Shown: positions 57,001 through 63,670 of the stretch, piece after piece
Layout: each line of letters begins with the position of its first letter
Position numbering within the stretch: the first letter of the stretch is position 1
IMG/VR virus record: IMGVR_UViG_3300030450_001823
Span: 1 to 64,000 of that record
Reading direction: 5' to 3' (one strand)
DNA: 64,000 nucleotides
Origin: a virus
Notes under the pieces: model-generated
What the model saw: the letters and a program-made list of their open reading frames with translations, nothing else
Told to the model about the DNA's origin: nothing
Databases searched by the model: none
Translations under genes and position numbers: made by a program

Positions 57001-59184
57001 ATCAGGTAATGTCTTACTAACCATTAGGCAAGGCCCATCCATCGCTAGTTTAACAATCGCTCCTGTAGTATCGACTGCTTGAAAACCGGAGTCTGTATTC
57101 GCACTAAATGTAATCTTATTGTCACTATGGTTTAGAGTAGCAGTAATGTCAGGGTTAGTAGTTGCAACTACTCCTCCTATTGAAATAGAGGTTGCTGGCA
57201 AAACTGCTCCGGTTTTGCCAAAAGACTTGATACTTTGTAATTTAATAATAGTAGCGGTACTGGTAAATGAAGAGTCTATCCTAGATACAGCCGCAGTAGG
57301 GAAATCTACAGAGTTGTGACAAATTGCATTGTAGTGAATCTGTACAAAGGGAGCATAGTCGTAACTAGCCAAAGAAGGTACGCTCAGTATAGCAATCCTA
57401 GACTCGTCAGAAGGCACCAGTTGTGCCTTTGAGTTTTCAGCAACAGTATCGGCACCCAATGCTTTCAATGCAAATGCACTAGGGTCAAATGAAGTCCCAC
57501 CTATCGCAAGTAGACCTCTCTGAGTATCAGAAATGTCACTCATTCCATTTTCTACGATTGTGTTAACTTTGGTCGAATAAAAAGTATTTTCTAACTTGAC
57601 AGGTTCGTGAGAATCAAATGCAGATATTTTAGAGTTTAGAGGCACAGTTCCTCTTATATCAGAATACTGTGATGAAAAAGATGCGGATATTACATCAGCC
57701 GAAGCATCTAACTTCTTATCAACTACTAAGTCAGATGCGGGAGGCAAATAGCCCATGAAAGGATGGCTCTTTACATGATTGAGAATGTGTCTACCGCTAT
57801 GTCCTAAGTAAAAACCAGCACCGGGGTTAGTAGTAAATGCAGCAAACTTGTTGTGAACCGTGTTGTCAACGGCCATGCTCATTGAAAACATAATCCCATG
57901 ATTTTCAAAATTACTTTCATCTATACACACTTGGCCCTGCCTGTGTGAAAATTGAGTACCGCTACCTTGTGGCTGATACACATTACCGTTACCCCCGTCA
58001 ACTAGGCAATCGCCTGTTACTACTACGAAGCGACCAGCATCATGTGCCTGTAATGCACCTCTACGACCAGTAGAAGCATTCGATGCAAAGTCAAGGTGAA
58101 TTGACTCAACCGTGATAGTGCCAGCATCACCGTCAACTGCCATGAGTCTTAGTCGTTCAGGGGCTTTATTGGTAGGCTTACCAGTAGTAGAGACATAGCC
58201 TAGTGGGTTAACGATTATATTGTAAGGGACTTTTGGTATAGTTGCATCACTAGAAGATGTAGCACCGTGCACTTTTATTTTGTAAGAGCCTTGAGAACTC
58301 CAAGGGCTTTGAGTTGCAAAATTGATAGTATTACCGATTACAACTGAGATTCCGTTCTTAAACCGATTAACCAAAGCAGTAGCGGCTGCTACGCCTATAT
58401 TGATACTTGAACTAGCGCTAGTAGAAGCAGATATAGAAGGCGTAGTAGTTATTAGAGAAATAGGCTCAATAGGCTCTTCAAATCTCCAAAGTCCGATTGT
58501 GTCATCGCTTTTGACAGGAGCAAACTCACTCCTACCTGATTTCTTTTCACCTCTTGACAGATGGATAGCCTCAATTGTACCTCTGTACTCTCCACCTTTG
58601 CCTCCTAAGTACATATTTGAAGGAGACAAAACTATCTGCTGATTCTCTTCAAACTCCTTAGTAACGACCAAGTCACCATTGATGTGCATTGATAGATAGC
58701 GGCGATTAAATGTAACAGTTACATTGAGTAACTCTCTATGCCCGTCGTTCAGTGCAGTAGAGTCATTTACAGCAGCGTCTGTCGCAATGTAAGAATTGTG
58801 CATATTGAGCGCAGGTTGTGGGAATAGTATACCATCCCAGTAAGCAAAATCTCCGTTAATCTTGTTAACAGGCTTTGCACTACTGATTGTATGTACGCTT
58901 TTTGTTCCAGCCGCTACATTTTCTAAATTAATCTCAAAAGTAGCAGGGGCGGGACTAGAAGGACTACCTACCGTTAGTCGCATCATATTTTCATACTCAT
59001 AGACAATACCACCACAGTCAGGCATAATCCATGTTTCAAGTGTAAATGAATGCAAGGCGGCAGGTAAAGACTTTCTACCTTCGTCACTTTTACCATGTAT
59101 CACATTTTGATTACTAGGTACCAAGACACCGTCAGTTACCCCATTGAAGGAAAGGGCGTATCCGGGGTCAATTACTATACTCAT
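42013..59184 (-). CDS. Giant (5723 aa) virion/tail protein with N-terminal LamG/ConA-like domain
   Basis: 17-kb uninterrupted ORF; ALSFNG..D, FTLETWI, GTIE, GLWRFEE; internal inserted beta modules. Confidence 0.8.
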   Translation of the reverse strand: MSIVIDPGYALSFNGVTDGVLVPSNQNVIHGKSDEGRKSLPAALHSFTLETWIMPDCGGIVYEYENMMRLTVGSPSSPAPATFEINLENVAAGTKSVHTISSAKPVNKINGDFAYWDGILFPQPALNMHNSYIATDAAVNDSTALNDGHRELLNVTVTFNRRYLSMHINGDLVVTKEFEENQQIVLSPSNMYLGGKGGEYRGTIEAIHLSRGEKKSGRSEFAPVKSDDTIGLWRFEEPIEPISLITTTPSISASTSASSSINIGVAAATALVNRFKNGISVVIGNTINFATQSPWSSQGSYKIKVHGATSSSDATIPKVPYNIIVNPLGYVSTTGKPTNKAPERLRLMAVDGDAGTITVESIHLDFASNASTGRRGALQAHDAGRFVVVTGDCLVDGGNGNVYQPQGSGTQFSHRQGQVCIDESNFENHGIMFSMSMAVDNTVHNKFAAFTTNPGAGFYLGHSGRHILNHVKSHPFMGYLPPASDLVVDKKLDASADVISASFSSQYSDIRGTVPLNSKISAFDSHEPVKLENTFYSTKVNTIVENGMSDISDTQRGLLAIGGTSFDPSAFALKALGADTVAENSKAQLVPSDESRIAILSVPSLASYDYAPFVQIHYNAICHNSVDFPTAAVSRIDSSFTSTATIIKLQSIKSFGKTGAVLPATSISIGGVVATTNPDITATLNHSDNKITFSANTDSGFQAVDTTGAIVKLAMDGPCLMVSKTLPDVSTIVTGSTSILDLIHTDMASADLDILSPGGIVEFKAPGMFPFKSGDLEGDTEEGTVAETTLDTTLCPDNYLPLASTDPPQTTPQGIAVSDSNLSTKSSQFSKIIIKTATYEDTLEETADIIRQSSQYDRQRTGVLVNNGSGYSATATSITVDAVDARTKFSTGQSLYKIDGTVLGTITSVAETAIGVSAGITASLVDNEELYNQSINIGTGTTNQSTSVHEIFDIIEHQMSGDIVTLTVQPSDRRRFTQLARLKIDEDSSNHLSVEYLMSRGRVLSFNEDDNGNSNLLAYGIISDIAGASVSAKGDGAPDSHIVKEIMPGAPVVTMMLGGPGQGAINTKETWEPSPTARLAWNTRRDCVTEVSAVDTSSRTVTTLPLNNRSTDLQSWGTYCFPKVGRIYLELPRTDVNEPIRFASAEYSSKTGVLFNFASGTTHLGSGKFVLADGSEAVGFAAWASATGISTGHKLHVDDKFLEESMCNDGTTVNDRLFQTLDSVQHDYQLGTQYASTRALVEIPLFEEFFFDNPDKGIFPGPDNSMKIHVDATHTASNWAPNPVGRRHDEIATQDPEIFGAFSYSISSDSHRSGTKITKPFTGTTISVEDASIFPIPDAAPVTVAGVDGSARYRRAFLPSGEWVLYTARDTSANTITAASASTAGGNWAMSKNFVKEFAVGAQLTPAPGYQDMNYTPIADNPLLKSAGYEGRRSFYYDRSNVMTQGGNVDYGMRQYVSAVEFRAGPRVNPHLDRIQSGRAKGVVQAWASGAPTLLYMKDASLFPDNIAGVDGYSNYRYRLAWAPSDFSLTGCSYNNAKLITHSSSTLVAVGMAVSGDGIPVGATVEAVISNTTFDLSVATTGGSLSSKTLTITSNGVITHAHYDIKSDNLLTLTQRDDAFQPASGDEVTLVDMHASPTTIYPEVKEGVFLNKSWAYPYAPGGLRDGDTVWMNMHYTNPHAIEGLFAKSRGTLNEGEVWTGFNGGEGAFAANPRNSIPMENFLIGNSCTETAQNFVQHVNKTIELNYEALGLYAEFTVGGASYNNDPTITHTSSTAIVVGMGVSGSGIPDGATVATVTDATHFELSEATTGGSKSSQTLTFTSNTPAPTVAYLDPYQSTEEHARVLLYDVAHDREFIAFQDLWMQVQSSADATKIGAAPAHTAGAIVHDDDNSGSWIDVAAGFPSESKYLAATNGSDFMEAAYSHKSTWNASTGTILSPHAPDVGTKYATNGAMPRTNDAVINSDDAVLKHKQIDKDSREASTFFDTPDGTRAIPAFLALKGIRSSTADLSGHEEARLNELDHWTQMDFVRRLTVDFGEVALRDGVTDIEAAAREVVRLVNQAGAKNGRTHARRPADQYLGESEKFDLSSPGVKAGGFSMGFDPSAAHINADFAATGSTHDPAPFWDIKRGFSSHDRGTHMGYVRAHLGRVVLDSDGNKGYSIVIHSTIPGAEGRNFCTWLDNSRAQTPYRPQYLIGHGGRFRNYWCQPDEMTGENMHPAPMPINRFGRPFAPITTLKEYLPPEETLASFSNNLSIGPEIVIGSTQSADTFRENASGRNSNTVIDESFETKSPSSTLVDGLRTGTSAKSRINFGGMTQAGIPGWSPDAGKWGMGRDGEDSRYQSVYGNASNAATAMLNSTIYDTDNKVGYIPKDDMKPRNIGDGNIYGIRLVDHRGDNHTVRMIYKQYGKSFANDLTIVPPTIDEEIVIHFDDRDVAQGGFTIGKHMVGTGEVCGEKSGGTAKPYKGNLWNNYPSPAVGIHVTGNKATDTGVTMDVTFTAPYSTGDTLTHPDVLGYLGFPESGVLQLTDDAGTSGDQGITIHYTSRSHYDHDGDTGASNKHYFYGCTGGRALTTNEGMLISPRINFTSVLTDEVIAAAVEFAMAMPDPTDDSIAATSFDCTGMFAPDGKTLGEWGVSPTAIRVKASSKSKTPLSKLFQVSRNKDWGLVEGASSDAVVSSKHTGGLSDVERDAGTRLDVGYIPETVLHITTRYKGTNANTATPILVDNQNNPVDISTWQRNLRGDNYTSVAGDHIIPKVDSPMILKTTDSGTLITTASSTYLYSICVPGSDHAQAWGERFTIWWGSEEYAEVASTPGAAVETKLTYGAGTGVSANFASFCHDSDDEVLMRNGDVKNGMKTDGIRRAGSKMSSPFLYFRGGRDSPDHWVPLYFGGGFSGVVMDINDGTQNDYGDFYTHPYAGGPTGSAGLQNVGEIAGSYALLDTNAMLAMFPGTPYLDDHKGKNNPPLFNQDSLLPFDMAKGANTKFTGLTYTDGSNAVHANLPSPIVLRFAHPHARYSATGNTADQTIYMVFGPGQAFPHNSAAFEPQGANIVTSGNGYSAVPIYTDGSTVSLETFLPNSLTNGDSTVAGLINHASGAVIGHLPRTTFFQINKLSAFNYDMNWEPTKGFPSVAVSGSTTFAQTYDRAFYYEGSPFTFGVALPPSAHPFSHIFTDSSGNALESSSHPATKKSSVIWHMDGGYHPGGHFLDNHVNINPKHAVEGGRLATGGTNKHNVSAFRPCGLLAKAYLTQYGGSPDNQANDDNVVLIDATRVQNAEELGAVISASINTFPGKDPLKAIGGTFLPSMQNAHKQDRYGWVQLDIASFEPANKLVVTNNASLETLPKYGWIRISDGNTAGYAPYTDITTTATLTVAAQGSAHGMTEKQKVTITAADGTVRVYVLTDTNAGGVATGTVLVSNSDTGAGTAGDSLTGGIAVGINFSSATQHQYLEQIKAAIEHANGHAGKITVTETSTSIFTLTNAVAGISGNTTITEDVANLTIAGFNGNTGSIFLGKSVNSTVPSVAAVAVPGAGYSAATVSTSGGSGTGLTLALTVGGSGEITGISIATAGSGYQPGELVIPAGGDGAARILLVDCAKSTSFINPTNDREVTATSDFKAYVWAKSGTHRLNNDNTVTTRDHITQVHYNGLIDAIDRTKPVGAVGWAGEAYSYMNSYTGTQVGSGVYPAGLGAWHPSLGFNPYGAAETCLAASSPVGTGDTATATFSDYCVNGLSSRHLIAITHESELPLIAKADRDGVTCAGDWLMTKETSNIINAGTIQWDTSKVHNKSRYLGPATGGPRVEAQVHSDFVRPTVAGDYPATSAAVAANKWHDTIASGKMVQANACLNPTGDLFWDESVVKGSNFHEDFGTYGKECIGVSGSDDYLNPGASSTAMPHNGLFGYYNTRSAARNFSAEHVVWKRMDGGSLTMPAANARGLGAIPWVRRKASTGQYLLEGEKVLGNVRFSFESTNAAMFPIIQAQELSHPQLAEQHPMEIRNALMLPNEEKQFQSMMVIDDTGQEHRLEGGSPLGTVIMDFRHVSDREIEGLAPALAGTGVSPNMKIRLPNPDEIPGNIIVRPGFDRIQAYQSETIGSGGLQHPSQPVQHITDMFDNKYSGPRLWPTWENNGWEHLSQDGVDVSLAKSDNRLKFPASTVEGWQDHTSNSPLKTAYEPHDRNLYFHVTRMGVSMTNRETSQLLNYQSHSGTEITVSATPETGVWTDSSELSGGRYFLRVYNDTTNEGVLVSYTGIGSGKFTGVVYSPDFTTFVEKEISEGTLLKIVPSYYMPAGSTRFFGARRLRDHSEYSGASPDMKIIDWYALYAALPANTGATTNPSIPYNHIMTPKMTPMPIPRMGHHYISPTMALMPGHYAHPAYQRLYELNQSCRTSNNAPLIDSLIGTNEGTRTSTTATSTTHESGRDPYIYFSGPTAAFSPSDIHGGAFTLLTETKIKYEGYGVAASLGAAGTTNAAGGHELVLEAGGTYTLNNHFPDPMEVGAYQIVIQPNVFAQQIKGFHLNHSTENKAPSESGTKVVELTGQQVNTVIAIEQDVDTNGAYSLILADAIMADVRGCEVIINEVILDIEPDSGSHFTNLPTLALYNPLGVQETSSPSLTRRSLPYRPGMFSSATPGYTLTVPWWGILHKDGAGASGADKFRHLEWHKPDNYYELCRASYGCVGAQLTLGGYPTSFLDIYEVHKRNRSLNPTCVVISNNGSSTITVDDNSLFPVVPYYGEKLEYTKDGVRYTATYGNRTGTLAYATLGASVTFSTVSGSGEFWANIATGTIIKLTRPYDNHSSDKVFTNSLSSIITRALPQISNGSRDTNSLHVPDAYLCMWHPNLGRPFTWYSDTADGGTRNFYTKAGAADTPLDKKPYNMLPEHFETIHYQDFNYVASKGPFGFAMSWIAPPGGGTSPTNAADGIVHTAAVIDLDTNLKHQGGVESSTESSGVLINHPSGASNTYSVNTTSAIPVDAVDPTTKFQVGDSVYNSAGILVGVLTAVDGSAPYGVTFGGGTLVVLTNNEALYLSEKYNFAGFWPGGSHGGGAVSRLEAYGDSLIGWGGETYGMDCGTFDDNTGIRTRTYNEATVASPYARNHCFGYRFGVRQAYNRPRWGQYVRGWLEVANSNALLGYYHGPLIQQDNKTNGWDYVGSDTALGDVSFVASYVGILERLTQVSALLNQDQIGRQVRYSDGRRMTQPFGCAVRTIRNASTVRREYPGDNAGKDISELANAHRYYMVDWWGNTRGEDVRRFPVRGFGIRPAWDPEDAYTDTNIAHRPAANALFGGDGNDRQSGNANTANNDASNMGVADWFNPASALRVGDRGDGRGVRWPTVFNESMLMDVSETHEATGLVLSHSTAEPAFGQGLVRPSNLALQSGEIERGISARLDVASEDGLLKPSASVAEGTETITADTRLAEPVGRDDVRIGLDVDTIGELNEGVSREYVIMSTEAVSLHTDREIGQRTTVRGAMDGASRTLTDFDLTALNFSSNPKAGITRISNAHAYWPLGGTYAMEWSRYAGVLDVKGWGQAGASSSSNPYQNAAHDSTLQNTNATDSTIDFLYRPAQVLDNKHVQLFRPAPVISADDTDGDDTIQGGSNFYRATAGGKYGLFTSDAPGALTGTPSSPPYAPVYSITPTSSTTVPTSQGPKIQGVDVTGYNKADIRSPVARVVMTENTLEHFRADASRKSPDDEEGDYSVQPRYSQTLHPKGSDGDASYNTGDHSGE

Positions 59185-59186
59185 AT

Positions 59187-61172
59187 CTATACCCCAATCA
59201 CAAAGTCAGAAGCCATTAATTTAAGATTAAAGGCGTAGTAGTTGTTGCCAGCATCATACCGTACATGTAGTTTTTCAGGTATAATCCTAATACCACCGTC
59301 ATTACCATGACCTACTGTTTGTAAAGTTACTAATGTATCACCGATAAGATTGCCTACAAAGTTAGTCAAAGTGCCAACAGCGCTTGCTAATTCTCCTAAA
59401 AAGAACTTTTCTGACCAATCTTCATCTGTTTCGTCAACAGGGTCACCACCAAGGTCATAGGGTAGCAAAGAAGGAACCATCTTTTTAGATGCGCTGATAG
59501 TATTAGCCAACGAACCTTTGTCGTCAATTGACTGCGCTCCAAATGTAAGGAAAAAGTTTCTCGCAACTCCGGTCACACCTGAACTCTGAATGAGGCTGTC
59601 GTAAGGTATCTGTATACCTCTTATCAAATCTTTATTCTTTTTGGCATTAGAAACAAGCCCTAGTAAGTCTTGTACTTTGTCACCAGCAGATTTACTTTTG
59701 TTACTAATTGACAGGTTTTCAGCATCTGCTCCAAAGTATTCAAACCTAGCCTTGTTTGAACTTAAATTAGAATTAAAAGGATTACAAGGTCGCTTAGTCT
59801 GAGTATAACCATCTAGCGCTTTGTCTTTTTGAGTGACTGAAATCAAAGGTCCACTTACGGTTGTATCAAATGCAGATAAAATACTATTACCGTTTGTAGA
59901 AGTTATGTAATCGTTACTATTTACCATTGCATTATCGGAGATTTCCAAAGCATCCTGTACCATAAGTGCTAATTGTGCAGCAGGGTTACCACCAGCCGCT
60001 TTGGTACTAAGGTCCTTGATGGGTAATTCTACAATTATATCTTGTTTATTAACCGCCATACCTAGGTTAAAGATACCGCTTTGTATAATCCTTGGTTCTT
60101 CTCCATCGGTACTTGCTGTAGTATAGGTATTGTGTGCTACTTCGTTAGCATTAAATCGAAGTATTACATTAAGAGGAGTGCGAGTTATGTTACTAAGATA
60201 ACCGCTTGTATACGCACGGCAAAAGTTAGGAAAAAAGTGCAATTCTTTATCGTGCAATGTTGCTTCAAAGATACTCATACCGAATGCGTCAATGAAGTAT
60301 CTTTCTGAGTCATTTATAGGCACATCTATTGTATCTAAAGTAATAGTCGTAACTTTACTTGAATCGCTATTCAGAGTAATGTCAGTTATGTGACCCACTA
60401 ATTGACCTTGTCTAGTAAAAAGTGCTGCTCTGAAACACAATATATTTTCATCATCTGCAAGTGTAACTCTAGCACTATCTACTGTAATGACATTTGTAGT
60501 TAAGTTAGTTACTGTTCCAATCAACGCACCTGAACTTTTGTGTATCCTATCGCCTATTCTAATTAATGTATCACCGTTGCTGTTTAGTAAATTACCATTA
60601 GATATAGAATGAGAAGATAAACCATCATATGCAATTGCCGTGGCTCCTACCGAGATACCTGAGCCATTGTTAACTTGTGCGCCAATATAAGAGCCTGTTC
60701 CGACCAACGGGGCGGAAAAGGTAACTGCTTGTTCTAAATTACCAACATTCGGAGTATCAAAGTCTATTATATCTACAACTGTGCTAGAACTAGTTGTTCC
60801 AAATTGTGCATTTACTGAACTCCTTAACTTGATGTTATCATAAAAGCCAATAATACCTTGAGTGTTACGAATGACTTCGTCACCAAACTTAGAAACAGTT
60901 GTTGGAAAATTAGAAGCAAAGTTAATCATAACTGAGCCGCCTAAATTAGAAGAAGTAGTAGATTCCGATTCAAAAGAAGGCTCGTCGTCTTGTAAAATAC
61001 CTGCAATTTCAATCTCAATCGAAGGTGTATTTGTATCAATTGCGAATCTTTCCATATTAGGAGTAGGAATAGTACTTGCCTTTCTATCAACTGCAATGTC
61101 AATAGATTGCGCCTCCAATGGTATTTCTATCCCCCCTTTGGGACCTACCAGTAATCTAATTGGTAACGCCAT
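59187..61172 (-). CDS. Putative tail protein, paralog of 61182-63668
   Basis: Shared PIRL...SID...EI.G..DD start and KSAGDKVQD.LG...IRGIQIPY.S...RN.FLT end. Confidence 0.65.
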   Translation of the reverse strand: MALPIRLLVGPKGGIEIPLEAQSIDIAVDRKASTIPTPNMERFAIDTNTPSIEIEIAGILQDDEPSFESESTTSSNLGGSVMINFASNFPTTVSKFGDEVIRNTQGIIGFYDNIKLRSSVNAQFGTTSSSTVVDIIDFDTPNVGNLEQAVTFSAPLVGTGSYIGAQVNNGSGISVGATAIAYDGLSSHSISNGNLLNSNGDTLIRIGDRIHKSSGALIGTVTNLTTNVITVDSARVTLADDENILCFRAALFTRQGQLVGHITDITLNSDSSKVTTITLDTIDVPINDSERYFIDAFGMSIFEATLHDKELHFFPNFCRAYTSGYLSNITRTPLNVILRFNANEVAHNTYTTASTDGEEPRIIQSGIFNLGMAVNKQDIIVELPIKDLSTKAAGGNPAAQLALMVQDALEISDNAMVNSNDYITSTNGNSILSAFDTTVSGPLISVTQKDKALDGYTQTKRPCNPFNSNLSSNKARFEYFGADAENLSISNKSKSAGDKVQDLLGLVSNAKKNKDLIRGIQIPYDSLIQSSGVTGVARNFFLTFGAQSIDDKGSLANTISASKKMVPSLLPYDLGGDPVDETDEDWSEKFFLGELASAVGTLTNFVGNLIGDTLVTLQTVGHGNDGGIRIIPEKLHVRYDAGNNYYAFNLKLMASDFVIGV

Positions 61173-61181
61173 TTTTTCACC

Positions 61182-63668
61182 TCATATTGTTATATCAGCC
61201 GCTACAAACTTTAGAGAAAACTCATACGCTTTCATCTCCGCATCTCTATGCACATTGAAGTCAGTCACTATGCCGCTTATTCCATTCATACGGCTACCTG
61301 TAGCCCAAGGTGCAAATAAATTAGACGCATGGGTATTGTTAGACATTGCTAATTTACTAGCAGTTAAAGTGGTACCTGTTGTCAAAAAGTGGTTACGCTG
61401 CGCTACTTGAGAATCAAGACCACTTTCACCTTTGGTAACTTTGCTATTGTAAGGTATTTGTATGCCACGGATATAATCGCCTGATTCTACTTCACTGTAA
61501 AGGCTCTCTTGTATATAGTCTACAAAGTTTCCAACAAAACTACCCAATCCACTTGTGTTTGCTGTTCTAAAGTTATTACTATTGGCAAGTATACCTAATA
61601 TATCTTGTACCTTGTCACCAGCAGACTTTACCTTTTTACCGGACTTGCCGCCAGTAAAGCCTTGTACTAAGGGCATGTTACCGGGACTCAAAGTATAATT
61701 TATTGTCTCGTTAACACGACCAAGAGAAGTAGCATATAGTTGAGTTATAGTTAGTCTTGTTTGGTGACCGTGGCTAGATTCTCCAATGTCTATGCTGAAA
61801 ACTTTATCTAAAGTAAAACTACCCAACGCATCTACAGGTCTGTCTCCTAATTTGAGCGTAGATGTTAACAAGTTCTTTACTAAAAAAGCAATGTACTCGT
61901 CGCTTCTTTCGTATACAGTTGACCCCGCTCTTGCAGTAGAGCCGTCTTGGTGAGTAGTGAACTCAGGACCACCATAACTAGCACCAGCGTCTGTACCAGC
62001 ACCTATGTTCTTTATCGTAGCCATTAGACATGGACCTGCGTAACTAGAACTTTGAAGGTCGCCTGATAAATTATCACTGGCTGCTATCCAAACCTTATCA
62101 TTAGTAGCAGGTAAAGTCCCACTAAATGTACAAGTTATTGTACTGCTATTAACTGCGATTACTGTTGCTATTGTATTAGTGCCGTTACTGCCAACAAAGC
62201 CGTTGCTATTTCTAAATATAATTTTATATGTAGAAGAACTACTAAGTTCAAAGTAATGTTGTGGATTTGCACCTGAAACTGTTAACACCCCAGTGCTACT
62301 ATTGACATTTGTAATCGTCATGTCTGTTTCTCTGTTTCTATTCACATAGCCATAAGGTTCCTTAATAGACCCTAACTTCGTAGTATCAAATCCTAATCTA
62401 ATTCTATTACTGTCGTCTGTATAACTAAAGTGAGCGTAAGGATGCGCTCCTCCACTTGAACCTGTTACTGGAATGTTATATTTTTTAGAAAGATAGCCTT
62501 CTACTTGCTGTCTTTCTACTTGAGTTAATACTCTGCTATAGAGTAAGATTTCGTAAATACCTCCAATGAACTTTTGAGCATTATTAAAGGCCCCAATTTG
62601 AGATGCACCACTACTAGGTACAGGGGCGTAACCATCTCCAGTATCTGTGTCTTCTAAAACACCTTTATTGTAAGTCTTAGTAGTATAGTCACTGCCAGTG
62701 AAGTCCACTGTATGAGCGTGTAACTGTAATGCATTTGCTGCTAAAGCACTGGTAGTGAAGGAATAATCTTTTGCACTACCGGCTTCGTACAAAGTTAACA
62801 CAATGTCATCATTGGTAGAATGACGGTAGCGTAGGTTCCAACCGTTGTTATAAGGAGAAGGAGAAGTGTTGATTATATATTGAGTGGCATTAGTAGTACT
62901 GGTGCTTGTTGCAACTACAAACAAAGTAAACTCACTAGGATTTAATGCAGCATTAAAGGGAATATCAAACTTAGCAGAGCCGTCAAGGTAGACATAAGGC
63001 TGCCCATTAGCACCTGCTGTTCTATATCGAGGAGAGCCGGACTTTGTGCCTGTTATCCCATTTCCACTAGAGTCGACCCAAGTATTTACAACTGAATTGA
63101 ATGAAAGAGTACTAGTATCGACATTGTCAGCAGTGATAGCATCTGCCTTGAACCAAGTACTAATTCCCGAAGTAACTGGGTTATTATCAGTTGTAGCAGT
63201 TTTTTCAGTCCAATATCCTACTGGTAAGTCAATGTACTTGTCTTTCCAATTTCCATAATTCAATATAGAAGGGGCGACAGAAACCATGCCTCCAAAGTTA
63301 GTACCTGTATTAGTGCCAAAGCCAACTGTGTTGAACAAACCAAAACCGGGTTGAGTTAACCCGTCACCATCAGTAGGTCCACCTTCGTCATCGGGCAAAG
63401 TAAGGTCTTGTGGTTGATAAAAGTCTATTACGGCCTGTGCTTGTGAAGAAGTCTCTTGACCTTCATCGTCAGTGAATACCCCTTGTATTTCAAAAGCAAC
63501 TGCGGCTTGGTTTAGGTCAATCCCCATCTTTTTAGCCTGTAGTAAAGGGATAGCAAAGTTAGATTGTATACGCTCAACAACCATGTCTATGCTAGTCGCA
63601 TCTAAGGAAAGTGTATCTCCGTTCTCTTGTACAAGACGGATTGGTACTCTTTCCCCTGCTTCTGCCAA
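61182..63668 (-). CDS. Putative tail protein with LamG-like insert
   Basis: WFKAD...WVDSSGNG...FTLFVV...GGIYEILLYSRVLT...VEGYLSKKY. Confidence 0.7.
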   Translation of the reverse strand: MAEAGERVPIRLVQENGDTLSLDATSIDMVVERIQSNFAIPLLQAKKMGIDLNQAAVAFEIQGVFTDDEGQETSSQAQAVIDFYQPQDLTLPDDEGGPTDGDGLTQPGFGLFNTVGFGTNTGTNFGGMVSVAPSILNYGNWKDKYIDLPVGYWTEKTATTDNNPVTSGISTWFKADAITADNVDTSTLSFNSVVNTWVDSSGNGITGTKSGSPRYRTAGANGQPYVYLDGSAKFDIPFNAALNPSEFTLFVVATSTSTTNATQYIINTSPSPYNNGWNLRYRHSTNDDIVLTLYEAGSAKDYSFTTSALAANALQLHAHTVDFTGSDYTTKTYNKGVLEDTDTGDGYAPVPSSGASQIGAFNNAQKFIGGIYEILLYSRVLTQVERQQVEGYLSKKYNIPVTGSSGGAHPYAHFSYTDDSNRIRLGFDTTKLGSIKEPYGYVNRNRETDMTITNVNSSTGVLTVSGANPQHYFELSSSSTYKIIFRNSNGFVGSNGTNTIATVIAVNSSTITCTFSGTLPATNDKVWIAASDNLSGDLQSSSYAGPCLMATIKNIGAGTDAGASYGGPEFTTHQDGSTARAGSTVYERSDEYIAFLVKNLLTSTLKLGDRPVDALGSFTLDKVFSIDIGESSHGHQTRLTITQLYATSLGRVNETINYTLSPGNMPLVQGFTGGKSGKKVKSAGDKVQDILGILANSNNFRTANTSGLGSFVGNFVDYIQESLYSEVESGDYIRGIQIPYNSKVTKGESGLDSQVAQRNHFLTTGTTLTASKLAMSNNTHASNLFAPWATGSRMNGISGIVTDFNVHRDAEMKAYEFSLKFVAADITI

Positions 63669-63670
63669 AC

